The notes under the pieces are model-generated. The model was not told the origin of the DNA and did no database searches. It was given only the letters and a program-made list of their open reading frames with translations. Shown here piece after piece: positions 38,882 to 50,667 of a DNA stretch of 64,000 bases. The DNA is from Gammaproteobacteria bacterium (GTDB lineage: Bacteria; Pseudomonadota; Gammaproteobacteria; 21-64-14). Made by a program: the position numbers and the translations under genes. Within the stretch, counting starts at the first letter, position 1. The number at the start of each line of letters is the position of its first letter. The stretch lies in contig JALUXX010000060.1 of the NCBI GenBank assembly GCA_027013145.1, positions 38,499 to 102,498 of the forward strand. The letters run 5' to 3'.

Positions 38882-39153
38882 TCGGACCGGACTGCCACGA
38901 CGTGGCCTACCTGCTCTCGCGTGCGCGCGAGTCGCGGCTTACCCGGCGCGAGCGCTGGGCGGTACGCATGCACCTGCTGATCTGCGTCTATTGCCGCCGC
39001 TACGCGCGTCAGCTGCGCTGGCTCGAGCAGGCGCTCGCGCGCGTTCGGGGCTCGGGCCGTACCGGCCGTCTCGACGAGGAGGCGCGTGCGCGGATCCGCG
39101 CGCGCCTGGATACGCGCGAGGAAACACGCCCCAATCCGCCGGCGGACCGTTAG
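38878..39153 (+). CDS. zf-HC2 anti-sigma factor (cognate, copy 1)
   Basis: GTGA overlap with the sigma gene; CHDVAYLLS...VRMHLLICVYCRRY. Confidence 0.88.
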   Translation: MIGPDCHDVAYLLSRARESRLTRRERWAVRMHLLICVYCRRYARQLRWLEQALARVRGSGRTGRLDEEARARIRARLDTREETRPNPPADR

Positions 39154-39235
39154 CCGCCGACCGTCGGCGGCGGATGGGGGCCCCGGAGGGTCCGCCGACC
39201 GGGGCAGGTCGCGGGCGGATGACGGGTTTCCGCCC

Positions 39236-41392
39236 TCACGGGCGGGTATCCGCGGGGGAACGCCCGCGGTACTGCTCCAGCAGCGCCACCGTCCGTCCGG
39301 GGAGCGGATAGTGCTCGCCGGAGAGGTAGTAGCGTCCGTCGCTGCGGTGTCCGGTCGCGAAGGAGGTGTCCGCGAGCACCTGCCAGCGCGCGTGCGGCGG
39401 GGTGCGCGGCATCGTGAACGCGACCTCCGCGGCGCCGGCGTTGAGGAGCAGCAGCAGATTGCTGTCCCGGACCGGACGCCCGCGCGGGTCCTCCTCGGAG
39501 AAGCCGTCCCCCGCAAAGAGCAGGCCGAGATGGCGCAGGTTCGGGCGCTGCCAGTCCGCGGGCGTCATCTCGGTGCCTTCCGAGGTGAGCCAGGTCAGGT
39601 CCTTGAGCCCCGAGGCGTTGACGCTGCGGCCTTCGAAGAAGCAGCGGCGCCGGAATACCGGATGGCGCCGGCGCAGGGCGATCAGGTCGCGCACGAAGGC
39701 GAGCAGTTCGCGCTGCTCCCCGGCCCGTTCCCAGTCGATCCAGCTCAGCTCGCTGTCCTGGCAGTAGGCGTTGTTGTTCCCCTGCTGGGTGCGGCCGATC
39801 TCGTCGCCGGCCAGCAGCATCGGGACGCCCTGGGAGAGCAGCAGCGTGGCGAGCAGGTTGCGCTTCTGGCGATCGCGCAGCGCGCGGATGTGGCGGTTCT
39901 GGGTCGGTCCTTCGGCTCCGCAGTTCCAGCTTCGGTTGTCGTTCTCGCCGTCGCGGTTGTCCTCCAGATTGGCCTCGTTGTGCTTGCGCTCGTAGCTGAC
40001 CAGATCTTCCAGGGTGAAGCCGTCGTGGCAGGTGACGAAGTTGATGCTGGCGTAGGGGCGGCGCCCGCTGTGTTCGTAGAGGTCGCTCGAGCCGGTGAGC
40101 CGTGAGGCGAACTCGCCCAGCATGCCGCCGTCCCCTTTCCAGTAGGCGCGCACCGCGTCGCGGTAGCGCCCGTTCCACTCGGTCCACCCGACCGGGAAGT
40201 TCCCGACCTGGTAGCCGCCTTCGCCGAGGTCCCAGGGTTCGGCGATGAGCTTGACCTGAGAGAGCACGGGGTCCTGATGAATGATGTCGAAGAACGCACC
40301 GAGCCGGTCGACGGCGTGCAGCTCGCGCGCGAGCGCCGAGGCGAGGTCGAAGCGGAAGCCGTCCACGTGCATCTCCAGGACCCAGTAGCGCAGGCTGTCC
40401 ATGATGAGCTGCAGCACGCGCGGATGCATCATGTTCAAGGTGTTCCCGCAGCCGGTGTAGTCCATGTAGTAGCGCCGATCATCGGCCACGAGGCGGTAAT
40501 AGGAGGCGTTGTCGATGCCGCGGAACGAGAGCGTGGGTCCCAGGTGGTTGCCCTCGGCGGTGTGGTTGTAGACGACGTCGAGGATGACTTCGATCCCCGC
40601 CGAGTGCAGCGTCTTGACCATTGTCTTGAACTCCCCGATGTTTCCGGTCGAGGAGTAGCGCGCGTCCGGGGCGAAGAAGCCGATCGAGTTGTAGCCCCAG
40701 TAGTTGTGCAGGCCCTTCTCGACGAGGTGGCGGTCGTCGACGAAGGCGTGGACCGGCATCAGTTCGACGGCGGTGACGCCGAGGTAACGCAGGTGGTCGA
40801 CCGCCGGCGCGCTCGCGAGGCCGGCATAGGTGCCGCGCAGCCAGGGGGCGACGTCGGGGTGTCGCTTGGTGAAGCCGCGCACGTGCAGTTCATAGATGAC
40901 GGTGTCGTGCCAGGGGGTGCGCGGCGGGCGGTCGTCGCCCCAGGTGAACGCCGGGTCGATCACGCGGCACTTGGGCATTCCTGCGGCGCTGTTGCGGCGG
41001 TCCATCACCGGATTGGTGCCGCCGGCGCCGATGCGGTAGCCGAACAGGGCGTCGCTCCACAGCACAGAGCCGACGATGTCCTTGGCGTAGGGGTCGAGCA
41101 GCAGCTTGTTGGGATTGAAATGGTGGCCCTCGGAGGGCGCGTAGCGTCCGTATACACGGTAGCCGTAGAGCAGACCGGGGCGCGCCTGCGGCAGGTAGCA
41201 GTGCCACACCTGGTTGGTGCGCCAGCGCATGGGGATGCGCTCGACCTCGCGCCGGCCGCGGCGGTCGAACAGGCACAGTTCGACCTTCTCGGCATGCTCG
41301 GAGAACAAGGCGAAGTTGACGCCTTCGCCGTCCCAGGTCGCGCCGAGGGGGTAGGGCTGGCCCGGCCATACGGTGGTCGTGTGCGTGGACAT
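39236..41392 (-). CDS. glgX: Glycogen debranching enzyme
   Basis: [40 protein letters not shown] and CHDGFTL motifs. Confidence 0.97.
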   Translation of the reverse strand: MSTHTTTVWPGQPYPLGATWDGEGVNFALFSEHAEKVELCLFDRRGRREVERIPMRWRTNQVWHCYLPQARPGLLYGYRVYGRYAPSEGHHFNPNKLLLDPYAKDIVGSVLWSDALFGYRIGAGGTNPVMDRRNSAAGMPKCRVIDPAFTWGDDRPPRTPWHDTVIYELHVRGFTKRHPDVAPWLRGTYAGLASAPAVDHLRYLGVTAVELMPVHAFVDDRHLVEKGLHNYWGYNSIGFFAPDARYSSTGNIGEFKTMVKTLHSAGIEVILDVVYNHTAEGNHLGPTLSFRGIDNASYYRLVADDRRYYMDYTGCGNTLNMMHPRVLQLIMDSLRYWVLEMHVDGFRFDLASALARELHAVDRLGAFFDIIHQDPVLSQVKLIAEPWDLGEGGYQVGNFPVGWTEWNGRYRDAVRAYWKGDGGMLGEFASRLTGSSDLYEHSGRRPYASINFVTCHDGFTLEDLVSYERKHNEANLEDNRDGENDNRSWNCGAEGPTQNRHIRALRDRQKRNLLATLLLSQGVPMLLAGDEIGRTQQGNNNAYCQDSELSWIDWERAGEQRELLAFVRDLIALRRRHPVFRRRCFFEGRSVNASGLKDLTWLTSEGTEMTPADWQRPNLRHLGLLFAGDGFSEEDPRGRPVRDSNLLLLLNAGAAEVAFTMPRTPPHARWQVLADTSFATGHRSDGRYYLSGEHYPLPGRTVALLEQYRGRSPADTRP

Positions 41393-41623
41393 CCTTGAAT
41401 GCTCCCGTTTCGACCCCATTTAAACACGAGGCGGCGCGGGCGAGTAGCGCGGGGCGTGTGCGTTGCGCCGTACCCGGCGGGCGGGGCGTGCAGGCGTATA
41501 CTGGGTTGCACCGGTTTCGGGCGCCGCGACGGGCTCGGCCGGGAAGCGGAGCGGGTATCGACCGGTCGGGGACCATGAGTCCGGTCGTGTTCGTTGTTCA
41601 GATCAGGTATGGAGGGCATCGAA

Positions 41624-41887
41624 ATGGAGGCACAGGAAGAGAAGGGCTTCGAGCGGGAGCATCCGACCACCGAGCGCGTCGCCGGGGTCGCCCATCAGAC
41701 GGTCGACCGGCTGGCCGAACGTGCCGCGCACGCCGAAGAGCGGGTGCGGCAGGGTACCGGGCGGGTGGAAGACTACGGACGCGAGACCGTCGATTCGATC
41801 TCGCGCTACGTGCACGAGCATCCGCTGGCGAGCCTCGGGATCGCGGCCGCGGCGGGCTTCGTCCTCTCGTCGCTGCTGCGGCGCTGA
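41624..41887 (+). CDS. ElaB/YqjD (DUF883)-like protein
   Basis: YVHEHPLASLGIAAAAGFVLSSLLRR C-terminal anchor. Confidence 0.8.
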   Translation: MEAQEEKGFEREHPTTERVAGVAHQTVDRLAERAAHAEERVRQGTGRVEDYGRETVDSISRYVHEHPLASLGIAAAAGFVLSSLLRR

Positions 41888-41891
41888 TCTC

Positions 41892-42317
41892 GTGACGGCG
41901 CCGGCGGCGCGGGAGGACGCCGGCACGCCGCCCGGAGGCGCCGAGGGCGCGGCCGAGGCCGGCGGGGTGGTCGCCGCGTTCCTCGACGTCGTTCGTGACG
42001 GCTTCGCGCTGGCGGCGGCCGAGGCGCGGCGTGCGGGTGTCGGACTGGCGGTGATGATCGCGCTGGCCCTGGCGGCCGCACTGCTGCTGGTGACGGTGTG
42101 GCTGTTGCTCGCCGCCGCCGCGGTCGTGGCGCTCACCGGGCTTGGGGTGCCGACCCCGGGGGCGTTGCTCATCGTTGCCGGCGCAAACCTCGCGGGGGCG
42201 GCGGCCCTGGGGTTCGGGGTCCTGTGGTGGAGCCGGCGATTGCTGTTCACCGCTACGCGCCGGCAGTTGGCCGGCGGGCGAAGGAGGCGCGACGATGGCC
42301 CGGCGACGGATCGCTGA
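41892..42317 (+). CDS. YqjE-like membrane protein
   Basis: Two TM segments; FALAAAEARR and FTATRRQL; follows the DUF883 gene. Confidence 0.7.
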   Translation: MTAPAAREDAGTPPGGAEGAAEAGGVVAAFLDVVRDGFALAAAEARRAGVGLAVMIALALAAALLLVTVWLLLAAAAVVALTGLGVPTPGALLIVAGANLAGAAALGFGVLWWSRRLLFTATRRQLAGGRRRRDDGPATDR

Positions 42318-42603
42318 ACTCGAAGCGCGACTGGAAGCCGATCGGGCGCGGTTGCGCGCGGGGCTGAGGGCCGTGCGCGGGCGGCTGGCTTCACCGCCGG
42401 CGTTGCTGGCCGCCTTCGGGGGCGGCTTCGCGGCGGCGCGCGCGTGCGGGCGAGGCTCTCCCCGTGGGTCCGGAACCGATTCCGGCGACGCGGAAAACGC
42501 GCGGGATGCGGCACGCGCCCCGCTCCTGCGGTGGCTGCCGTGGGGCTGGCTCCTGCGGCGTGCGTGGCGCTGGCTGACGCGGCCGCCCGGCGCGGGCGAT
42601 TGA
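42295..42603 (+). CDS. YqjK-like small membrane protein
   Basis: Third gene of the yqjD-yqjE-yqjK arrangement; helix plus hydrophobic segment. Confidence 0.5.
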   Translation: MARRRIAELEARLEADRARLRAGLRAVRGRLASPPALLAAFGGGFAAARACGRGSPRGSGTDSGDAENARDAARAPLLRWLPWGWLLRRAWRWLTRPPGAGD

Positions 42604-42654
42604 ATCCGACCCGGCGGGACGGGACAATAGCCGCCGGCGTTCACGAGGTCCACC

Positions 42655-43680
42655 ATGCCCGCTGTCCCGCCCGGCCGGTCGCGGCGCATCGCCGTCGCGC
42701 CGATGATGGAATGCACCGACCGCCACTTCCGCTATCTGGCGCGCCTGATCTCCCGGCACACGCTGCTGTACACGGAGATGGTGACGACCGGGGCACTGCT
42801 GCACGGCCGCGGTCGCGAACTGGCCTACGATCCCGCGGAGCACCCGCTCGCGCTCCAGCTCGGCGGCAGCGAGCCGGAGGATTTGGCCCGTTGCGCGCGC
42901 CGCGCCGCCGCGGCCGGTTTCGACGAGATCAACCTCAATGTCGGCTGCCCGAGCGATCGCGTGCGGGCTGGCCGCTTCGGCGCCTGCCTGATGGCGGAGC
43001 CGCACCGGGTGGCGGCGTGCGTGGGCGCGATGCGCGCGGCGGTCGATCTCCCCGTGACGGTGAAGACCCGCATCGGCATCGACGATCGGGATTCCTACGA
43101 CATGCTGGCGGAGTTCGTCGCCACCGTGGCGCGGGCGGGGTGCGAGACCTTCATCGTCCACGCCCGCAAGGCGTGGCTGCGCGGGCTCAGCCCGAAGGAG
43201 AATCGTGAGGTTCCCCCGCTGCGACACGACGTCGTCTATCGCCTGAAGACGGATTTTCCGGAGCTCGAGATCGTCCTGAACGGGGGTCTGCGGACACTGG
43301 ACGAGGCGGCCGCGGCGCTCGAGCGCGTCGACGGGGTGATGATCGGACGCGCGGCCTATGAAGACCCGTGGCTGCTGGCGGCGGTCGATCGGCGTCTGTT
43401 CGGCGATCCCCGGCCACCGGCGCAACGCGACGCCGTGCTGGCCGGCTATGTGGAGTATGCCCGCGATCAGCGGCGGCTCGGGGTCCCGCTCAGCGTGCTG
43501 CGGCGCCCCCTGATGGGCCTGTTTCGCGGCCTGCCCGGCGCGCGGCGCTGGCGGCGGGCCCTGACCTGCGGCGCCGCTGCGGAAGCGGCCGGATTCGACG
43601 GCATCCGCGCGCTGGCGGCGTCCCTGGAGAGGGCCGGGCGCGTCGCCGGCGAGGCCGGCCGCATCGCGCCGCCGGTTTGA
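42655..43680 (+). CDS. dusA: tRNA-dihydrouridine synthase A
   Basis: VAPMM..TDRHFRY, LQLGGS, EINLNVGCPSDRV and HARKAWL.GLSPKENREVPPL motifs. Confidence 0.95.
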   Translation: MPAVPPGRSRRIAVAPMMECTDRHFRYLARLISRHTLLYTEMVTTGALLHGRGRELAYDPAEHPLALQLGGSEPEDLARCARRAAAAGFDEINLNVGCPSDRVRAGRFGACLMAEPHRVAACVGAMRAAVDLPVTVKTRIGIDDRDSYDMLAEFVATVARAGCETFIVHARKAWLRGLSPKENREVPPLRHDVVYRLKTDFPELEIVLNGGLRTLDEAAAALERVDGVMIGRAAYEDPWLLAAVDRRLFGDPRPPAQRDAVLAGYVEYARDQRRLGVPLSVLRRPLMGLFRGLPGARRWRRALTCGAAAEAAGFDGIRALAASLERAGRVAGEAGRIAPPV

Positions 43681-43756
43681 CCGCGATCATGGCCGGGGCG
43701 CGGATGCGGCGGCAGACTCGCGTGAGGCCCTGGGGCGTGGGAGGGAGCGGGAGCGG

Positions 43757-44470
43757 ATGAAGACGGTGGTTGCGGTGCGTCACGTCGCGTTCGAGGACCT
43801 GGGAAGCTTCGCTCCGGTCCTCGAGGAGGCGGGTTACGCGCTCCGTTACCTGGAGGCGGGCGTGGACGACGTGTCCGCGCTCGCGGCGGAGCCGCCGGAT
43901 CTGTTGGTGGTGCTCGGCGGACCGATCGGAGCCGGTGACGAGGAGGATTATCCCTTTCTCGCGCAGGAGCGCGCAGTGCTCGCGCAACGGCTGGCGCAGT
44001 CGCGTCCGACGCTGGGCATCTGTCTGGGCGCGCAGCTGATGGCGCGCGCGCTCGGCGCACGCGTCTATGCGGCGACACGAAAGGAGATCGGCTGGTCGAC
44101 CCTGAGCCTGACCGCGGCCGGGCAGGCGGGGTGTCTGGCCGAGTTGGGCCCCGACCGTACGCCCGTGCTGCACTGGCACGGCGACACCTTCGATCTGCCC
44201 GCGGGGGCCGAGCGCCTCGCGTCGACGGAGGTCTGTCCCAATCAGGCGTTTCGTTACGGGCGTCACGCGCTGGCGCTGCAGTTTCATCCGGAGGTGACCG
44301 AACACGGCCTGGAACGCTGGTTCATCGGCCACGCCTGCGAGATCGCCGCCACCGAGGGCATCACCGTCGAACGCCTGCGCCGCGACACGCGGCGCTGGGC
44401 GCCGGCGCTGGAGCGCTGCGGGCGGCGCTGCCTGCAACGGTGGCTGCAGGACCTGGAAGCGACCTGCTGA
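43757..44470 (+). CDS. Class I glutamine amidotransferase
   Basis: [19 protein letters not shown] and LQFHPE motifs. Confidence 0.92.
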   Translation: MKTVVAVRHVAFEDLGSFAPVLEEAGYALRYLEAGVDDVSALAAEPPDLLVVLGGPIGAGDEEDYPFLAQERAVLAQRLAQSRPTLGICLGAQLMARALGARVYAATRKEIGWSTLSLTAAGQAGCLAELGPDRTPVLHWHGDTFDLPAGAERLASTEVCPNQAFRYGRHALALQFHPEVTEHGLERWFIGHACEIAATEGITVERLRRDTRRWAPALERCGRRCLQRWLQDLEATC

Positions 44471-44606
44471 CGCGGCGTGCGCCCCCTCGCGGGGCCGACC
44501 GCGGTACGGTTGCGCGCTACAGTCGCGCCTGTGGTATGGTGTGCGCGCCCTGCCGCAGGGTGCACGGCATCGCCCCCCGGAACCGCATTTGAGGAACCCC
44601 GCTGTT

Positions 44607-45143
<537 letters not shown>

Positions 45144-45147
45144 GACG

Positions 45148-45672
45148 GTGCGCCGGGGCGGTCCCGCGCCTGCGCCGCGCGCGAGCGATCCTTCGGGCCC
45201 GCCGGTCGGCGCGCCGGCGCCGGAGTTCGAACTCCCGGACCAGAACGGACGCGTACGATCGCTTGCGGAATTGCGCGGGCAGTGGGTGGTCCTCTACTTT
45301 TACCCAAAGGACGACACCACCGGATGTACGCGGGAGGCGTGCGCGTTGCGGGACCGTTTCGTCGCCTTCCGGGAGGCGGGGGTGCAGGTGATCGGCGTGA
45401 GCCTGGACCGGGTCAAGTCGCACGAGCGGTTCGCGCGCAAGCACGCGCTCCCGTTTCCGATCCTGTCGGATCGCGGCGGATGGGTGGCGCTCGCCTACGG
45501 GGTGCGCGGCGGGATCGGGCCGCTGAAGTACGCCAAGCGCGTGACCTTTCTGATCGACCCGCAGGGGCGCATCGCGCGCGTCTACCGCAAGGTCAAGCCC
45601 GCCGCCCACGCCGACGAGCTGCTGGCGGACGTGCATGCCCTCCAGTCCCCGGCCGGAGCCGGCCACGGGTGA
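45148..45672 (+). CDS. bcp: Peroxiredoxin, BCP/PrxQ family (start uncertain)
   Basis: VLYFYPKDDTTGCTREAC and RVTFLIDPQG motifs. Confidence 0.88.
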   Translation: MRRGGPAPAPRASDPSGPPVGAPAPEFELPDQNGRVRSLAELRGQWVVLYFYPKDDTTGCTREACALRDRFVAFREAGVQVIGVSLDRVKSHERFARKHALPFPILSDRGGWVALAYGVRGGIGPLKYAKRVTFLIDPQGRIARVYRKVKPAAHADELLADVHALQSPAGAGHG

Positions 45673-45776
45673 GGCGAGGGCGGGGCTAATCCCGTTCGAT
45701 CTCCCGGGTTGACCCCGGCGCGGTCCGGCATTCTCATGGGTGTCGGTAACCGCTGAACACTCAGGAATCCGCCGAT

Positions 45777-46067
45777 ATGGATCAGGAAGCGTTGAACCGC
45801 CGCTGCGTGGAACTCATGCAACACCCCCGGGTCAAGCTGCAGATGTGGCACCCGCGCATGTTCTGGTACGTGAACCGCGACAACCCGAAACCCGAATCCC
45901 TCAAGCGCCCGAAGGTGAACCTCGAGGAACTGGAGGTGATGCTCTCGGCGGCCGCGCTGGAGCCCTCCCAGGCCGCGGCGGCGCTCGAGGCGCGCCTTCC
46001 GGGGCGCGCCGACTTCATCGTGCGCGCCGTGCGCAGCGGGCAGCGGCCGCTGCTGGCGCCCGCCTGA
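45777..46067 (+). CDS. Small hypothetical protein
   Basis: AGGA RBS, GC3-biased codons, protein-like composition (MWHPRMFW). Confidence 0.7.
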   Translation: MDQEALNRRCVELMQHPRVKLQMWHPRMFWYVNRDNPKPESLKRPKVNLEELEVMLSAAALEPSQAAAALEARLPGRADFIVRAVRSGQRPLLAPA

Positions 46068-46075
46068 GCGCGGCC

Positions 46076-46630
46076 TCAGACGCGGCGCAACAGGACGTAG
46101 AGCGCCCCGGTACCCCCGTCCACCGGGCGGGCGGAACAGAACGCCAGCACGTCCCGGCGCTGCCGCAGCCAGGCGTTGACCTTGCGCTTCAGGACCGGGC
46201 CGCCGCTGCGCGAGCCGCGGCCCTTTCCGTGGACGATCCGTGCGCAGCGCACGTCGCGCTCGTGGCAGGCGGCGAGGAAACGGGCCAGCTCCGCCCGTGC
46301 GACGGCGGCGGTCATGCCGTGGAGATCGATTTCGGCCCCGGTCGCGAAACGGCCGCGGCGCAGCTTGCGCAGCAGGCGATGCTGCAGTCCCGGGCGCGCG
46401 TACCACAGCTCCTCGCCGGTCTCCAGCTCGGCGGCATCGTCGGGTCCGGCGACCAGTTCCTCCAGCACCTCGCGTTCGTCACGCCGCGTCTGGCGGGGAT
46501 AGGGCGCCGGGCGTCGCGGCGCCGGTTCGACCCGGCCGGCGACGAGCGGGCGCGCGTCCGCCACCGCCTGGCGGAAGAGGTCGCGGTCGCTTTCGCTGAG
46601 CGCGGGTCGGAACGGGGGCTTGCGGCTCAT
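46076..46630 (-). CDS. Smr-domain endonuclease (SmrA/B-like)
   Basis: LRKLRRG, IDLHGMT, IVHGKG and DGGTGALYVLL motifs. Confidence 0.92.
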   Translation of the reverse strand: MSRKPPFRPALSESDRDLFRQAVADARPLVAGRVEPAPRRPAPYPRQTRRDEREVLEELVAGPDDAAELETGEELWYARPGLQHRLLRKLRRGRFATGAEIDLHGMTAAVARAELARFLAACHERDVRCARIVHGKGRGSRSGGPVLKRKVNAWLRQRRDVLAFCSARPVDGGTGALYVLLRRV

Positions 46631-46917
46631 CGTGCACTCCCGGGTCGGTATGTTTCCCAGTATACCGGCCGCGCGCCGCATCGGTGCGGGGCCGGGCGAG
46701 TGGGCCGGGCGCGCGGATTCCAGTATAGTGGTGCGTCGAGCGCCGGCGGGGCGCCGGGGCGGGTCCGGAAGCCCCGGGGGAGTTCCGGGAACGTTCCGGG
46801 CCGTGCGATTGCGCACGGTGCGCGACCGCGTACGCGCGCGTGCCCCCGCGCGGCGTGAGAAACGAGCTCCGGGACCGGCGGCATCGATCCCCGGTCGGCG
46901 GTCGGAATATCCGTCCC

Positions 46918-47664
46918 ATGCGTATCCTGATCAGCAACGACGACGGCGTGCAGGCGCCCGGCATCGCGTGTCTCGCCCGCGCACTCGCCGGCATCGCCGA
47001 GATCACCGTGGTGGCGCCGGACCGCGATCGCAGCGGTGCCAGCAACTCCCTGACCCTCGACAGTCCGCTGCGCGCGAGCGTGCGCGAAGACGGATTCATC
47101 TCCGTCGAGGGGACCCCGACCGACTGCGTGCACCTGGCGATCACGGGGCTGCTCGATCAGGAGCCGGACATGGTGGTCTCGGGCATCAACGCCGGCGCCA
47201 ACCTCGGCGACGACGTGCTCTACTCGGGCACCGTGGCGGCGGCGACCGAGGGCCGTTTCCTCGGCCTGCCCGCGATCGCCATCTCCCTCGTCGGCGCCGC
47301 CGCGCTGCACTACGACACCGCGGCGCGGGTGGCGCTGTATCTGGTCGAACGCCTGCGGGCCGATCCGCTGCCCGCCGATACGATTCTCAATGTGAACGTG
47401 CCGGACCGCCCGTGGGAGGAACTCGCCGGTTTCCAGGCCACGCGCCTCGGTCATCGTCACAAATCGGCCCCGGTGGTACGCGCCAGCGATCCGCGCGGGC
47501 GTCCGATCTACTGGGTGGGGCCGCCGGGCGAAGGCCAGGACGCGGGTCCGGGGACCGATTTCCACGCGGTCGCCGGCGGGCATGTGTCGATCACGCCGTT
47601 GCAGGTCGACATGACGCGCTACGCGGCATTGGAGAAGGTCGCCGGCTGGCTCGGGACGCGGTGA
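46918..47664 (+). CDS. surE: 5'/3'-nucleotidase SurE
   Basis: [17 protein letters not shown] and [18 protein letters not shown] motifs. Confidence 0.97.
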   Translation: MRILISNDDGVQAPGIACLARALAGIAEITVVAPDRDRSGASNSLTLDSPLRASVREDGFISVEGTPTDCVHLAITGLLDQEPDMVVSGINAGANLGDDVLYSGTVAAATEGRFLGLPAIAISLVGAAALHYDTAARVALYLVERLRADPLPADTILNVNVPDRPWEELAGFQATRLGHRHKSAPVVRASDPRGRPIYWVGPPGEGQDAGPGTDFHAVAGGHVSITPLQVDMTRYAALEKVAGWLGTR

Positions 47665-47668
47665 CCGG

Positions 47669-48328
47669 GTGGACGGTTCGCGCGGCATCGGCATGACGTC
47701 GCAGCGGACCCGCGACCGGCTCGTGCGCCGGCTGCGGGCCGAGGGCATCGCGGACGCGCGGGTCCTCGATGCGATCGCGCGCACGCCGCGCCACCTGTTC
47801 GTCGACGAGGCCCTCGCCAGCCGCGCCTACGAGGACACCGCGCTTCCGATCGGCTACGGTCAGACCATCTCCCAGCCCTACATCGTGGCGCGCATGACCG
47901 AGGCGATCATGGCCGCGCCGGCGCCGGAGAAGGTGCTCGAGATCGGCACCGGCTGCGGCTACCAGACCGCGGTGCTGGCGTCGCTGGTCCCCAAGGTCTA
48001 CACGGTGGAGCGCATCGGTGCGCTCCTCGAGCAGGCGCGGCGCCGGCTGCGGGCCCTGGGCGTGCGCAACGTGCGCTACCGCCACGGCGACGGGGCGCAG
48101 GGGTGGCCCGAGCAGGCGCCGTTCGACGCCATCCTGGTGGCGGCGGCCCCGGACGAGATCCCGCCCGCCCTGCTGGAGCAGCTCGCCCCGGGCGGGCGGC
48201 TGGTGATTCCCACCGGTCCCCCCGGCGGCCAGTGGCTCCTGGAGGTGGTGCGCACGGCGGAGGGCTTCGAGCAGCGCACCCTCGGGGCGGTGAGCTTCGT
48301 GCCGCTGCGCGGGGGTGCCGAGCCGTGA
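47669..48328 (+). CDS. pcm: Protein-L-isoaspartate O-methyltransferase
   Basis: [19 protein letters not shown] and APFDAI motifs. Confidence 0.96.
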   Translation: MDGSRGIGMTSQRTRDRLVRRLRAEGIADARVLDAIARTPRHLFVDEALASRAYEDTALPIGYGQTISQPYIVARMTEAIMAAPAPEKVLEIGTGCGYQTAVLASLVPKVYTVERIGALLEQARRRLRALGVRNVRYRHGDGAQGWPEQAPFDAILVAAAPDEIPPALLEQLAPGGRLVIPTGPPGGQWLLEVVRTAEGFEQRTLGAVSFVPLRGGAEP

Positions 48329-48903
48329 CGCCGTTTCGCAGCCTCTACGACCGGGTGATGGCCTGGGCCGCGCATCGGCACGCGCCCCGTTACCTGGCGG
48401 CGGTGAGCTTTGCGGAGGCCTCGTTCTTTCTGGTTCCTCCCGATGTCATGTTGGCGCCCATGGCAATGGCGCGGCCCGCGCGCTGGTGGCGCCTGGCGCT
48501 GTTGACGACGGTCGCCTCGGTCCTCGGCGCGTTGCTGGGGTATCTGATCGGCCACTTCGCGATCGACGCGGCGGCGCCGTGGATCCACCGCCTGGGGTAT
48601 TGGCCGGCGTATCTGCGCGTGCAGGGGTGGTTCGCGCACTGGGGTTTCTGGGCGGTGCTGCTGGCCGGGTTCTCGCCGGTCCCGTACAAGCTGTTCACGA
48701 TCGCGGCCGGCGCGGTGGGCATGCCGCTCGCCCCCTTCGTCGTCGCCTCGCTGGTGAGCCGCGGGGCGCGATTTTTCCTGGTCGCGGGGCTGATGGCGCG
48801 GGGCGGTGCGCGTATGCAGCGTGTGATCCGCGATTCCGTCGAGGGCGTGGGCTGGCTGCTCCTCGGGGTGGGGGTGCTGGCCTATCTGCTGTTGCGCGCC
48901 TGA
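48325..48903 (+). CDS. YqaA/DedA-family membrane protein
   Basis: [12 protein letters not shown] and [11 protein letters not shown] motifs; usual position between pcm and nlpD. Confidence 0.9.
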   Translation: MTPFRSLYDRVMAWAAHRHAPRYLAAVSFAEASFFLVPPDVMLAPMAMARPARWWRLALLTTVASVLGALLGYLIGHFAIDAAAPWIHRLGYWPAYLRVQGWFAHWGFWAVLLAGFSPVPYKLFTIAAGAVGMPLAPFVVASLVSRGARFFLVAGLMARGGARMQRVIRDSVEGVGWLLLGVGVLAYLLLRA

Positions 48904-49604
48904 TGTCGCGCGCGCGCACGGTGGGGAGGGCGTGGCCGCGGTGGCTCGCGGCGACGTTGCTCGTGCTGGTATCCGGCTGCGCGGCCCCGGCCGGTTATCA
49001 CTCCCTCGGGTATCTCGAGCGCCCCGGCGTCTACGTGGTGCGCCGCGGGGATACCCTGTATTCCATCGCCTGGCGCTACGATCTGGACTATCGCGCCGTC
49101 GCCGCCTGGAACGGGATCCGCAGGCCCTACCGGATCTTTCCGGGCGAGCGGCTGCGCCTGACCGCACCGGCGCGGCGGCGTTCCCGTCCCGCTCGGCGGG
49201 CGGGCGCCCCGCCGCCCCCCGCGGCGAACGCGCGGCGGGCCCCGCGCTGGCGGTGGCCCACGGCCGGGCGCGTGGTGGGGGCGTTTGGTGCCGGCGGTGC
49301 GGGGGGGATCGACGTGCGCGGACGCCTCGGCCAGCCGGTCGATGCGGCCGCCGCCGGGCGGGTCGTCTACGCCGGGAGTGGACTCCCCGGCTACGGCAAG
49401 CTTATCATCATCAAGCACAACGACAATTATCTCAGTGCGTACGGCTACAACCGGCGCCTGCTGGTCGGTGAGGGGCAGCGGGTGAGGGCGGGGCAGCCGA
49501 TCGCGGAGATGGGCGCCGTAGGCGGGCAGGGGCCGCTCCTGCACTTCGAGATCCGCCGCGACGGCCGGCCGGTCGATCCGCTGCGGCTGCTGCCGCGGCG
49601 GTGA
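48903..49604 (+). CDS. nlpD: LysM + M23 lipoprotein (NlpD-like)
   Basis: VSGC lipobox; [14 protein letters not shown]; [10 protein letters not shown]...LHFEIR. Confidence 0.88.
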   Translation: MSRARTVGRAWPRWLAATLLVLVSGCAAPAGYHSLGYLERPGVYVVRRGDTLYSIAWRYDLDYRAVAAWNGIRRPYRIFPGERLRLTAPARRRSRPARRAGAPPPPAANARRAPRWRWPTAGRVVGAFGAGGAGGIDVRGRLGQPVDAAAAGRVVYAGSGLPGYGKLIIIKHNDNYLSAYGYNRRLLVGEGQRVRAGQPIAEMGAVGGQGPLLHFEIRRDGRPVDPLRLLPRR

Positions 49605-49663
49605 GGTCGTTCCCGGTGCCGCGGGTGTGCGGTAACGGGAGCGGGGGCGGAGGAGGCGAAGCG

Positions 49664-50656
49664 ATGCGTCGCTACGATCCGTTCGACGGGTGCCGCACGG
49701 GCGGCGCGCCCGGGCCCGGCCGCAACCGGCGGCGGGCCGGGCAGCGCACGGCCGCGGAAGCCGACCGGCCCGACACCGTGGAGGAAGGCGTCGAGGAGCC
49801 CGTCGTTCCCGCGGCGCCCGAAGGTCCCACCGTCGATGCCACGCAACTCTACCTCAGCAAGATCGGCTTCTCGCCGCTGCTCAGCGCCGAGGAGGAAGTG
49901 CGCTACGCGCGTCTTGCGCAGCGCGGGGACGAGGCCGCACGCCGGCGCATGATCGAGAGCAATCTGCGGCTCGTGGTCAAGATCGCCAAGCGCTACATGA
50001 ACCGCGGCCTGCCGCTGCTCGACCTGATCGAGGAGGGCAACCTCGGCCTGATACACGCCGTCGAGAAGTTCGACCCGGAGCGCGGCTTCCGTTTCTCCAC
50101 CTATGCGACGTGGTGGATCCGCCAGGGGATCGAGCGGGCGCTGATGAACCAGACCCGCACCATCCGTCTGCCCATCCACGTGGTCAAGGAGATCAACCTC
50201 TACCTGCGCGCCGCGCGCCATCTGGCCCAGCGTCTCGACCGCGAACCGACCCCGCAGGAGATCGCCGAGTTGCTGGATCGCCCGGCGCAGGAGGTGCAGC
50301 GTGCCCTGGGACTCAACGAGCGCACGGCCTCCGTCGACTCCCCGGTCGGCGACGACATGGAGCGCTCGTTGCTCGACACCCTGCCCGACGAGAACAACCC
50401 GGACCCCTGCGAGCTGATCGAGGACGAAGATGTCCTCGTCAACCTGGATCAGTGGATGCGCACCCTGGACGCACGTCAGCGCGAGGTCGTCACGCGCCGC
50501 TTCGGCCTGCTCGGTTACGAGAAGGCGACGCTCGAGGAGGTCGGCCGGGAGATCGGCCTGACGCGCGAGCGCGTGCGCCAGATCGAACTCGAGGCCCTGC
50601 AACGGCTGCGCCGACTGCTCGAGAACGCGGGGATCTCCTCGGCGGTGCTGCGCTGA
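49664..50656 (+). CDS. rpoS: RNA polymerase sigma factor RpoS (start uncertain)
   Basis: [34 protein letters not shown] and TRERVRQI motifs; synteny. Confidence 0.93.
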   Translation: MRRYDPFDGCRTGGAPGPGRNRRRAGQRTAAEADRPDTVEEGVEEPVVPAAPEGPTVDATQLYLSKIGFSPLLSAEEEVRYARLAQRGDEAARRRMIESNLRLVVKIAKRYMNRGLPLLDLIEEGNLGLIHAVEKFDPERGFRFSTYATWWIRQGIERALMNQTRTIRLPIHVVKEINLYLRAARHLAQRLDREPTPQEIAELLDRPAQEVQRALGLNERTASVDSPVGDDMERSLLDTLPDENNPDPCELIEDEDVLVNLDQWMRTLDARQREVVTRRFGLLGYEKATLEEVGREIGLTRERVRQIELEALQRLRRLLENAGISSAVLR

Positions 50657-50667
50657 GTCCGCGGCCC

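Noticed and set aside
41892-42317. Phage holin or prophage remnant
   Set aside because: It sits in the chromosomal yqjD-yqjE-yqjK-type trio, with no phage genes nearby.
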